Shown here piece after piece: positions 50,666 to 60,182 of a stretch of 64,000 nucleotides of DNA (its first letter is position 1; every line of letters starts with the position of its first letter). Source of the stretch: an uncultured Clostridium sp. (GTDB lineage Bacteria; Bacillota; Clostridia; TANB77; CAG-508); NCBI GenBank assembly GCA_947245515.1, contig CAMXQV010000002.1, positions 141 to 64,140 on the forward strand. Direction: 5' to 3'. The notes under the pieces are model-generated. The model searched no databases. It was given only the letters and a program-made list of their open reading frames with translations, and was not told where the DNA came from. The translations under genes were made by a program, and so were the position numbers.

Positions 50666-51277
50666 TTATTCAATTTCAATTTTGCCATCTATAAGACTAA
50701 TATAAGCTTGTTTATGCCTTGGCTCTTCATCTCTATTTATTTCTTTAACTATGTTGGCAATTCTTATTTGAACAGTATCAACCATTCCAGCTGCAATAAT
50801 AGCTTGTTTATTACCTTTAGCTCCAGCATGTGCTAATCCTCTTAAGACTCCTAAAACTATAATATTTTCAGAAGCAATTACTTCTGCACCTGAATTAACA
50901 TCTCCTATTATAACTAAACTTCCTTCAGCTTCTATCTTTTGGCCAGAACGTAAAGACCCCCTATGGAATTTTGTTTCAGATATTGCTACATCTTTATTAA
51001 AGGCCTTCTTAATACTATGTAATCCTAGGGATTTAGGCATATCAAACTCTATTTCTACATCTATTTTTTCTTTTATTAAACTCTCTATTTCATCAATTTC
51101 TTTGTTTTTTAATACTTTTCCTGTAACACTAATTGGCGTTTTTTCGTCATTATAAAATTTTTTTAGTTCAGGTAACTTTTTCTTTAAATCTTCAACTAAT
51201 TCCCTTTGATCTGCTTCATCACTTAATTTAATTAAAATTCTATCTTTCTTAAAATTTATATTTACTGCATTCTTCAT
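50666..51277 (-). CDS. minC: Septum site-determining protein MinC
   Basis: The C-terminal beta-helix reads VIIGDVNSGAEVIASENIIVLGVLRGLAHAGAKGN. The likely start is MKNAVNI, at the ATG 5 nt after AAAGGAAAG. Confidence 0.75.
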   Translation of the reverse strand: MKNAVNINFKKDRILIKLSDEADQRELVEDLKKKLPELKKFYNDEKTPISVTGKVLKNKEIDEIESLIKEKIDVEIEFDMPKSLGLHSIKKAFNKDVAISETKFHRGSLRSGQKIEAEGSLVIIGDVNSGAEVIASENIIVLGVLRGLAHAGAKGNKQAIIAAGMVDTVQIRIANIVKEINRDEEPRHKQAYISLIDGKIEIE

Positions 51278-51295
51278 ACTTCTTTCCTTTCTAAT

Positions 51296-51373
51296 TGCCA
51301 GTAGGGACGGAGAATTTTGGCAAAGAGTAAACATATTAATAAAAATTGCCAAAATTCTCCGTCCCTAATGGCA
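51296..51373 (-). repeat. 28-bp near-perfect inverted repeat (two copies of the GGGACGGAGAATTTT motif) between pbp2 and minC
   Basis: Arm 1 is TGCCAGTAGGGACGGAGAATTTTGGCAA at 51296-51323. Arm 2 is TTGCCAAAATTCTCCGTCCCTAATGGCA at 51346-51373. They differ at one position and enclose a 22-nt loop. The repeat starts immediately after the pbp2 stop. Confidence 0.7.
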
Positions 51374-53482
51374 CTATTGCATAATTTCTACATATGGAGT
51401 AACTCCCATGTTTTCTTCAATATTTTGAGTATTCATTCCAAAATATTCTGCCATAATATCCCTAACAACTTCAGCAGTATAATTACCATGTCCACCGTTT
51501 TCAACCATAACTACAATAGCAATTTCAGGATTTTCAAAAGGTGCAAAACCGACAAACCATGCATGAACCCTATTATTTGGAGCTTCAGCAGAACCTGTCT
51601 TACCACCTACACTAATATCAAAATCCTTAAATCTAACATAAGCAGTTCCTCCTGAATCACTTGTTACAGATTTCATTCCCTGTAATATGGCCTTTAAATA
51701 ATCTTGATTCATTTGTAATTCCTGAGTACTATCTTCTTGCAAACCTAATTTGTTATTTATAAATTTGTTTATTTCTTCTTTGGAAACTTCTGAACCATCT
51801 GCATTTCTAATTGTTTTTACAATACTTACGTCAATCTTATGCCCACCATTTGCAAGCATACTAATATATCTTGCCATTTGTAAGGGGCTAAATTCGTTGT
51901 CTCCTTGTCCTATAGAAGCATTTAAGGTATTTCCTGGATTCCAATTTGGATCATCTGGATGCATCTTTTGCTTTGTTTCTCTATTTGCTAACACTCCTGA
52001 AGTTTCACCTTGTAGCTCAATTCCTGTTTTACTTCCTAATCCAAAATATTTTGCAAACTCAGCTAATTTATCTATCCCCATTCTATCTCCTGTCTCATAA
52101 AAGAAATAGTTACATGATTTTTCTATAGCATCAGAAACATTAATAGGTCCATGTCCTCTATGATAATCTGTATAATACCAACAATTCATTGATATTCCAT
52201 ATTTTTTATAAACACCTGTATCATTAATTGTAGATTTCAAATTAATTACACCTGATTCTAAGCCTGCAATAGCTGTTATCATTTTAAAGGTTGATCCTGG
52301 CGAATATGAATTTTGTATAGCTTTATCTACTAATGGTTTTGCTGAATTATTCATATAATTATTCCAAGCTTCATTACTTATTCCTCCAACGAAATCTTCT
52401 GGATTATAGTCTGGATAACTTGCCATTGCTAAAACTTCACCAGTATTTACATTCATAACAACACATGCACCAGCATCTGCATTATAAGCCTTTCCAAAGC
52501 CACCTGATGCAATTTTATGAATATTTGACGCAAGTGCATTTTCTGCAATATGTTGTAAATTAGCATCAATTGTTAATACAACATCTGAACCTGCTACTGC
52601 TTCTTTTGAAATATATTCTGCTGTAGTAGTTCCATCAACTGTCATATCAATTTGCTTTATTCCATTTTTTCCTTTTAGATATTCTTCAAAAACATATTCA
52701 ATACCTGTTTTTCCAATTATATCATTAGTACTATAGGTATTTTTTCTCTTTTCATATTCTTCACTATTTATTTTACCAGCATATCCTAATATATGTGATG
52801 CCAAATTTGCTGATGTGTATTTTCTAACAGGTTGCACTACTATATTTATACCAGAGAATTTTTCAGAACTTTCACTAAATTCTGCAACTGCCTCTCTAGG
52901 TATACTTTTTGCAATTGTAACTGCTCTTGTACTGCTATATCCTTTTTTTGCGACTTCATATCTTATAGCCATAATTTTTCTTATTTCATGTATTTCTGTA
53001 TTTTGTATTTTATATTTTTCTCTAAACTTATTAAAAGCTTCTTCTGGAGTAATGTTTTCTGCTAAATCATAGGTCTTTTTCCATGAAACTAAATCATTAT
53101 CTGATATTTTAAATTCAAAAGGTTCAATATTAATAGGAAAGGAATCTACATATGAAATATTATATTTTTCTAAAACTTTTATCATATTTAGTATAGATTC
53201 ATTTAAAATATCTGTTTCAACTTTACTTTTATACATTTCTAAGGCAAATTCCATTTTCGAATCTACAAGAGGTGTTCCTGTTTTATCTAATATTGCTCCT
53301 CTTGACGCTTCTACAATACTCTCTCTAGTAAGTCTTGTATTGGATTCTTCTCTATATTTTGCACCATGAACTATTTGAAGACTAAATAATCTGGCAATCA
53401 ATACAATACCAACTATATATACTAATACAGTTAAAATATTAAATCTCAAATTAATACTAATATTCTTTACTTTTTTTGCCAA
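51374..53482 (-). CDS. mrdA: Penicillin-binding protein 2 (class B elongation transpeptidase)
   Basis: The transpeptidase motifs STFK, SCN and KTGS are present. It has an N-terminal transmembrane segment and sits downstream of mreBCD. Confidence 0.85.
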   Translation of the reverse strand: MAKKVKNISINLRFNILTVLVYIVGIVLIARLFSLQIVHGAKYREESNTRLTRESIVEASRGAILDKTGTPLVDSKMEFALEMYKSKVETDILNESILNMIKVLEKYNISYVDSFPINIEPFEFKISDNDLVSWKKTYDLAENITPEEAFNKFREKYKIQNTEIHEIRKIMAIRYEVAKKGYSSTRAVTIAKSIPREAVAEFSESSEKFSGINIVVQPVRKYTSANLASHILGYAGKINSEEYEKRKNTYSTNDIIGKTGIEYVFEEYLKGKNGIKQIDMTVDGTTTAEYISKEAVAGSDVVLTIDANLQHIAENALASNIHKIASGGFGKAYNADAGACVVMNVNTGEVLAMASYPDYNPEDFVGGISNEAWNNYMNNSAKPLVDKAIQNSYSPGSTFKMITAIAGLESGVINLKSTINDTGVYKKYGISMNCWYYTDYHRGHGPINVSDAIEKSCNYFFYETGDRMGIDKLAEFAKYFGLGSKTGIELQGETSGVLANRETKQKMHPDDPNWNPGNTLNASIGQGDNEFSPLQMARYISMLANGGHKIDVSIVKTIRNADGSEVSKEEINKFINNKLGLQEDSTQELQMNQDYLKAILQGMKSVTSDSGGTAYVRFKDFDISVGGKTGSAEAPNNRVHAWFVGFAPFENPEIAIVVMVENGGHGNYTAEVVRDIMAEYFGMNTQNIEENMGVTPYVEIMQ

Positions 53483-53500
53483 ATTTTCACCTTCTTCATT

Positions 53501-54043
53501 TTAAAAATATCTTGTTAATATTTTGTTTCCTTTATATTCATTTTCCACAAAATATCCAAATTTTTGAATTAATGGATAAATTATAATTGTTATTATTATA
53601 TTAAATAATACTTCTATTGCAACTATTTTTATAAAATTTACTATTTCTATACCTGATAAAATAAAGAAAATACTTAAAATATATTTTAAAACTTCAAAAA
53701 TCAAAGTAGTTCCTAATACCATAAGCATAATAGTCATTCTGCTATCTTTTGAAAAGTTTTTATCAAAAGTACCTGAAATAAATCCAACAATACCAAAACC
53801 TATAGCATATATTCCCATCCTAGTTCCTATAACTAAATCTAATATTAAACCTAAAACTACTCCATAGACTGTTCCCCTTGTTCTACTCGTATATAATCCA
53901 ACAAACAATACATAAATAACAAAGGTATTTGGCATTATTCCAGCAATATTGAACCAATTAAAAAAGTTTGCTTGCAAGAAGTATAAAATCAACGCTAAGA
54001 TTACAAGAATTATATTAATTACAACTTTTTTCAATTGCTTCAC
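53501..54043 (-). CDS. mreD: Rod shape-determining protein MreD
   Basis: The 180-aa polytopic membrane protein lies between mreC and pbp2. Confidence 0.65.
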   Translation of the reverse strand: MKQLKKVVINIILVILALILYFLQANFFNWFNIAGIMPNTFVIYVLFVGLYTSRTRGTVYGVVLGLILDLVIGTRMGIYAIGFGIVGFISGTFDKNFSKDSRMTIMLMVLGTTLIFEVLKYILSIFFILSGIEIVNFIKIVAIEVLFNIIITIIIYPLIQKFGYFVENEYKGNKILTRYF

Positions 54044-54057
54044 CTCTCTTTTATGTT

Positions 54058-54873
54058 TTATTGATTTGTAATAACTAAAACTGAATTTAGTTTATTAAAA
54101 TCAACAGCTGTTTGTACTACTGCATATCTATCTGTCATATTTTGAGTATTTGTAACTTTTTTAATTGTACCAATATGAATTCCTTTAGGATATATTCCAC
54201 CTAGTCCTGAGGTTTCTATACTATCTCCTTGAATAATATTTGCATCTGTTGGAATATACATCGCTCTTAAGGTTGAAGTCTCATCCAAAGTTCCTTTGCA
54301 AACAATTGATTCTTTTGTTGTACTCATCATGCAACTTACAGAACTTGCAGTATCAACTATAGTTTGTACTTTAGCAGTAGAATCAGTTACTGATATAACA
54401 TGCCCTACTAGACCTTCATCTCCTATAACAGTCATATTTTTTTCTACTCCATCTTTTTTTCCAATGTTTATAACTATAGTTTTTGAGTAATTACTGATAT
54501 CTTTGTTTATAATATATCCTGGTATTGTTTTATATTCTCCATATTTTTCTGTTAAATTTAAATATTCTTTTAAAGTCTCATTTTGAGTTTTAATATTTTC
54601 TAATTCTCTTAGGGATTGTTCTAATTGACTGTTTTTTTCTTTTAATTCTTTATTTTCTTCTTTTAAATTATTTATATCTGTAAAAAATGTACTATTTCCA
54701 CCTATTTTGTTTTTTAGGTAGGTTAATCCATTTTGTATTGGCATTACTAAATTGCTTGCAACATTTTCTATAAAAGATGAACCATTATCACCATTTGAGA
54801 AAATTACAACTAATATCAATATTACTATTGTTATAATAATTCCTATTATCCCGCTCTTATTATTTTTATACAT
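54058..54873 (-). CDS. mreC: Rod shape-determining protein MreC
   Basis: An N-terminal transmembrane segment and a coiled coil (ELKEKNSQLEQSLRELE) precede a beta-rich C-terminal domain. Confidence 0.8.
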   Translation of the reverse strand: MYKNNKSGIIGIIITIVILILVVIFSNGDNGSSFIENVASNLVMPIQNGLTYLKNKIGGNSTFFTDINNLKEENKELKEKNSQLEQSLRELENIKTQNETLKEYLNLTEKYGEYKTIPGYIINKDISNYSKTIVINIGKKDGVEKNMTVIGDEGLVGHVISVTDSTAKVQTIVDTASSVSCMMSTTKESIVCKGTLDETSTLRAMYIPTDANIIQGDSIETSGLGGIYPKGIHIGTIKKVTNTQNMTDRYAVVQTAVDFNKLNSVLVITNQ

Positions 54874-54889
54874 TTTTTACTCCTAATTT

Positions 54890-55943
<1,054 letters not shown>

Positions 55944-56648
55944 TTATTGTATTTTATTTTCTGCCATCTCTGAAAATATACTTGTATAATTCATATCTCC
56001 AATTACTAAATGGTCTAATAGTTCTATATCAAACATTGTTGCACTTTCATATAAAAGGTTAGTAAATTCAATATCCTTTTTACTTGGTGTTGAATCTCCA
56101 CTTGGATGATTGTGAACTAATATTATTTTTGGAGCTTTCATTACAATAGGCTCTAGTAATATGTCTTTTATTGATACATTTGCAAAATTACTCCCCCCAT
56201 ATGCTATGTCTTTAATCTTTAATATTTGATTTTTGCTATTTAATACTACTATTTTTGCTATTTCTCTTTTTTGATATCTTAATTCACTCATTAATATTTT
56301 GGCTAGATCATATGGTTCTTTTACATATATTTTTTTATAGTTTGATGGTTTTGACATTCTTAAACTTAATTCACATACTGCTTTTAATTGTATTGCTTTT
56401 ACTTTTCCTATTCCTTTTATTTGCATTAGTTCTTCTATTGATATATGGTGTAAATATTGTAGGTCTTCTTCCTTTGTTGTATTTAATTTTAGTAATTTTT
56501 GTGCTATTTCTATAGATGTTTCTCTCTTGGTTCCTGTTTTTATTATTATTGCTAATAGTTCTGCATTTGATAGTGCTTTTTCACCATATAGTTCTAGTTT
56601 TTCATATGGTCTCTCTGTTTCTGGTAATTCTTTTATTGTTATTGACAA
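55944..56648 (-). CDS. radC: RadC-family JAB/MPN domain protein
   Basis: It has the HNHPSG motif, a helix-hairpin-helix N-terminus, and a length of 234 aa. Confidence 0.8.
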   Translation of the reverse strand: MSITIKELPETERPYEKLELYGEKALSNAELLAIIIKTGTKRETSIEIAQKLLKLNTTKEEDLQYLHHISIEELMQIKGIGKVKAIQLKAVCELSLRMSKPSNYKKIYVKEPYDLAKILMSELRYQKREIAKIVVLNSKNQILKIKDIAYGGSNFANVSIKDILLEPIVMKAPKIILVHNHPSGDSTPSKKDIEFTNLLYESATMFDIELLDHLVIGDMNYTSIFSEMAENKIQ

Positions 56649-56697
56649 AATATACTTCCTCTCTTTAAATATTTTGCCCCTTTTTTCCTTTTTTTAA

Positions 56698-56955
56698 TTA
56701 TATTTTTTTGTATATAAATATTGCTAACACCATTCCTATTATACTTGCTATACTTATTTTGAACATCATTGCAAAGGTTATTGTAAATATTTTTAGGTCA
56801 AAGGTTACTGGTGTTTGTAGCCCAAAACTTTGATTGTAAGATAACCACCATAGACCACTTACTCTAGATGCTAACTCCCCTAATAGTCCCCCTACTACTA
56901 ATCCTGATAATATAAATACTAATAATATCCAAATGTTTTTGTCTTTCGTTGCCAT
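56698..56955 (-). CDS. Small two-transmembrane protein, possibly DUF4321-like
   Basis: The 85-aa protein is hydrophobic and conserved in position upstream of radC/mreB. Confidence 0.4.
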   Translation of the reverse strand: MATKDKNIWILLVFILSGLVVGGLLGELASRVSGLWWLSYNQSFGLQTPVTFDLKIFTITFAMMFKISIASIIGMVLAIFIYKKI

Positions 56956-57144
56956 TTTATTCCTCCTATTATTTTGTTTATTTCTACGGCTATTTCATTT
57001 TACTCCATGTTGGTATTATATATTGAAATGTATTTTTTTTCAAGTATTAATAAAAAAAAGATTTACCAAAAATTATGGGTTTCAAAATAAGCCTTTTAGT
57101 AGTATAATATAATTAAGAGATTTCATAAGGAGGATTCATTTAAA

Positions 57145-57789
57145 ATGAAAATTGAAAAACTTACAGAAAACAAAATACGAGTTATTTTAAATATAGAAGA
57201 TGTAGATACTACTGATATTAATTTTAATTCAATATTAAATAAAACAACAATAAACCAGAAACTATTTTTGGAAATATTAGATAAAGCAGAAAAAAAATTA
57301 AATTTTAATACTGATGGATGCAAACTATTAATAGAACTATTTTCTTCTATTGATGATGTATTGGTTTTTACAATTACAAAATATGAACCAGAAATGTTAC
57401 AAGACAAAACTTCTAACACAAAATACATAAAAACCAAAAGGGTAACAGCAAGAATTAAAGCAATAAATTATTCTAATAAACACATAATTTATTCTTTTAA
57501 TAGTATGGAAGATTTTGGTCAACTTTGCAGTCATCTTACTGCTTTAAAATATTTTAAATTTGCTAACCTTTCAAAAAATGCTTCTTTATTTTTGTATAAT
57601 GGTACATATTATTTAATAATAAAAAATATTAATACACAATATAAATATATAAATCAATTTTATTCAATCGCTTCAGAATTTGGTAAACCATTATCACCTT
57701 CTAAAGGCTTTGAAGGTAAGCTTATTGAATATGGTAAGGTTATTATAAAACGTAATGCAATTGATATTGGTATTAAATATTTTGTATAA
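57145..57789 (+). CDS. mecA: Adaptor protein MecA
   Basis: The N-terminus MKIEKLTENKIRVILNIEDV and the C-terminal YYLII and LIEYGKVIIKRNAIDIGIKYF match MecA. The length is 214 aa. Confidence 0.75.
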   Translation: MKIEKLTENKIRVILNIEDVDTTDINFNSILNKTTINQKLFLEILDKAEKKLNFNTDGCKLLIELFSSIDDVLVFTITKYEPEMLQDKTSNTKYIKTKRVTARIKAINYSNKHIIYSFNSMEDFGQLCSHLTALKYFKFANLSKNASLFLYNGTYYLIIKNINTQYKYINQFYSIASEFGKPLSPSKGFEGKLIEYGKVIIKRNAIDIGIKYFV

Positions 57790-57876
57790 AAATGCTCTAA
57801 GTTTTTCGTTTTAATAAAAAGGCTTGTACTAGAACAAATCTATAAAAAACCTCCTGAATCAACTATAGGAGGTTTT

Positions 57877-58908
57877 TTAATATACATAATTTTGTGGATT
57901 GTAGGCTACTCCATTTACTCTTACTTCTAAATGTAAATGTGGCCCTGTTGAGTTTCCAGTTGAACCAACTGCTGCTATAGTTTGACCTTGTGTAACTTTG
58001 GTTCCAACAGGTACATATAATTTACTACAATGTCCATAATAGGTTTGTACTCCATTTCCATGTGATATTACTATCATCTTTCCATAGGAACCTTTATTAC
58101 CAGAGAAAGTAACTACTCCAGATGCAGCTGCAACAACTGGTGTACCAGTAGAAGTTGCTATATCTAAGCCAGTATGTAAAGATTTCCTAATATTACTTCC
58201 TGCACCAAATCTTGCAGTTATTGTTCCAGATACTGGTTTGATTAGAGCTAATCCTATCTTTGCCTTTGCTTTAGATGTTGTTGTAGCAGTATTAACAGTT
58301 CCCATAGTCTCCTTTACTTCTTCTGAGTCTATAGTTTTTTCTTCTTTTGCTACTTTAGTTACTTGTTGTTTTTCTACATATAATTTTGAAATTGCTTCTT
58401 CTGATGAAATTAAATCTTTTGCATCTGCTTGATATTTTTCTATTATTGATATATTGTCCATATTTTTACTATTTTTTTCTTTTAAAGAGCTAATTATCAC
58501 TTCCGCTTCTTCAAAAGTTGAGACATATGCTTTTTCTTCTTGATTTTCTGCTATAGCATAATATCTATAATAGGTTATTCCTTGTTCTTTTATTTTATTA
58601 AATATTTCGTTGTCATTTGTTGTTATATCTTTCTTTAGTAGACATAGTCTATATTCTGGAAGATTTTCTACTTGAACAAAGGCAACATTTTCTTTATTTT
58701 CTTCTCCATTTTCTATGTAATTGTTTATCTTTTGTTGTAAGTTGGTTCTATCTGCAGTATATCCTACTTCTTCTCCTTTAATTAAGACACAATATGTTGG
58801 CTTATATAAAAATGCTATTGCACTTAATATTAAAAAAATAGCCATACCTAAAAGAACTATACATTTTATTCCTTTTTTCGTATGTATTATAAATTTTTTA
58901 AACATCAA
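57877..58908 (-). CDS. M23-family (LytM) peptidoglycan endopeptidase with an N-terminal transmembrane segment
   Basis: The active-site motifs HTGLDIA and HLHLEV are present. Confidence 0.8.
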   Translation of the reverse strand: MMFKKFIIHTKKGIKCIVLLGMAIFLILSAIAFLYKPTYCVLIKGEEVGYTADRTNLQQKINNYIENGEENKENVAFVQVENLPEYRLCLLKKDITTNDNEIFNKIKEQGITYYRYYAIAENQEEKAYVSTFEEAEVIISSLKEKNSKNMDNISIIEKYQADAKDLISSEEAISKLYVEKQQVTKVAKEEKTIDSEEVKETMGTVNTATTTSKAKAKIGLALIKPVSGTITARFGAGSNIRKSLHTGLDIATSTGTPVVAAASGVVTFSGNKGSYGKMIVISHGNGVQTYYGHCSKLYVPVGTKVTQGQTIAAVGSTGNSTGPHLHLEVRVNGVAYNPQNYVY

Positions 58909-59205
58909 AAAACTCCTTTGTATTTAAATTAGCAATTTGTTATTTTGTTAATTATTTGTAATAATATTGTAATATCACTTTTTTGGCAAGGATTATATAA
59001 GATAATTTCTGTAGTTTTTATTCGTTTTCTTTTAATTATCTTTATTTTTTTCTTTTTATCTCATATTTTCATTTTATTTTAATATAAACACTATATGGTA
59101 CTCGCATTTCAAATTTGTATATACATAATTTCTTAATTAAATTTTATATAATATAGAGATTTTAACTCAAAAATAAAAGAGTGTTTAAAACACCCTTTTA
59201 TTTAA

Positions 59206-59451
59206 TTAAGTTGTTAAATTTGACTTAACTGTATTTATCTCTGTTACAGTTGCCTTTTGTGCTGGTATATAATAACCTTTAGCTTGAGCTATTTTAAATA
59301 GCTCATATTGAAAACTTTCATCATTATTTCTAATTTGTTGAAAAGTTTGTCTTAATTGCATATTTTCAGCTTCTGATATAGCTGTTTGATATGCAGTTAA
59401 ATCTGCTTTTACACTACCTAATATATCATTAACCATTGTTTTTTCGTCCAT
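59206..59451 (-). CDS. Spore coat protein, CotF-like
   Basis: The 81-aa protein carries the Coat-F-like segment LRQTFQQIRNNDESFQYELFKIAQAKGYY. Confidence 0.5.
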   Translation of the reverse strand: MDEKTMVNDILGSVKADLTAYQTAISEAENMQLRQTFQQIRNNDESFQYELFKIAQAKGYYIPAQKATVTEINTVKSNLTT

Positions 59452-59468
59452 TATAACTTTCCTCCTTA

Positions 59469-59657
59469 CTAATTATCTAAAAAACTCATTAACTTCTGTT
59501 TTGTATTTAATGCATCTTGTGCTGATTTTGTAAATAGTTGTTTTATTTGTGGATCAACAGCTTGTGATGAAAATGTATTTAACTTTTGGTAAGCAGTTTC
59601 ATGTGCTCCAATTAAATGTCTTAAATTTTGTAATTCCATTTGATTTAAATCTGCCAT
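59469..59657 (-). CDS. Spore coat protein, CotF-like partner
   Basis: The 62-aa protein contains QIKQLFTKSAQDA. It is paired with the preceding gene in the usual CotF two-gene arrangement. Confidence 0.4.
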   Translation of the reverse strand: MADLNQMELQNLRHLIGAHETAYQKLNTFSSQAVDPQIKQLFTKSAQDALNTKQKLMSFLDN

Positions 59658-60182
59658 TTTTATCCTCCTTTTCTTTACCTTTTTCTTTTTTTATTATTTA
59701 CTTAATTTATTTTTTTATACAAAAAATTGCCATAATTTTATAATTTTTTAGTGTATATACAAAAAGCCACAAGAAATAAAAATATTTCTTGTGACTTAAT
59801 GGTAATTCAATAATTATGAATTACTACAGAATCATCATAGGAAAGTTGCATTTGGAATTATTGTAGATATATATTCCTTTACCCGTTCTTCCTCCCATTT
59901 TGGCAACTTATTTACAAAATGAAGTGCTAGAATTAATGTTTTCTCTTTAGTATAAAATCCAAACGATTCTACACCTAAATCTTTTATAATGCTTCTTTCA
60001 ATATCTCCAACTTTCATTTTCTTTCCTTTCTGTGCTCAACTTCGGTTTCATTAAAATTATATAATAATTATGTAAATATGTCAATATTTATTTAAAACTT
60101 TATATGTTTTAAAGTTTTATTTAAAATAGAACAATAATAATTATAATTATTAATTTAAATTTATCTAATGACACAAATTTAA

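Noticed and set aside
50666-51352. Longer MinC start as given in the ORF track (MAIFINMF...)
   Set aside because: The upstream extension would overlap the inverted-repeat hairpin. The internal ATG at 51277 has a proper SD and gives a typical MinC length.
59835-60017. 60-aa ORF upstream of pcrA as a real gene
   Set aside because: No recognisable family and no clear SD were found. It may be real but the evidence is insufficient. It was not added to the feature list.
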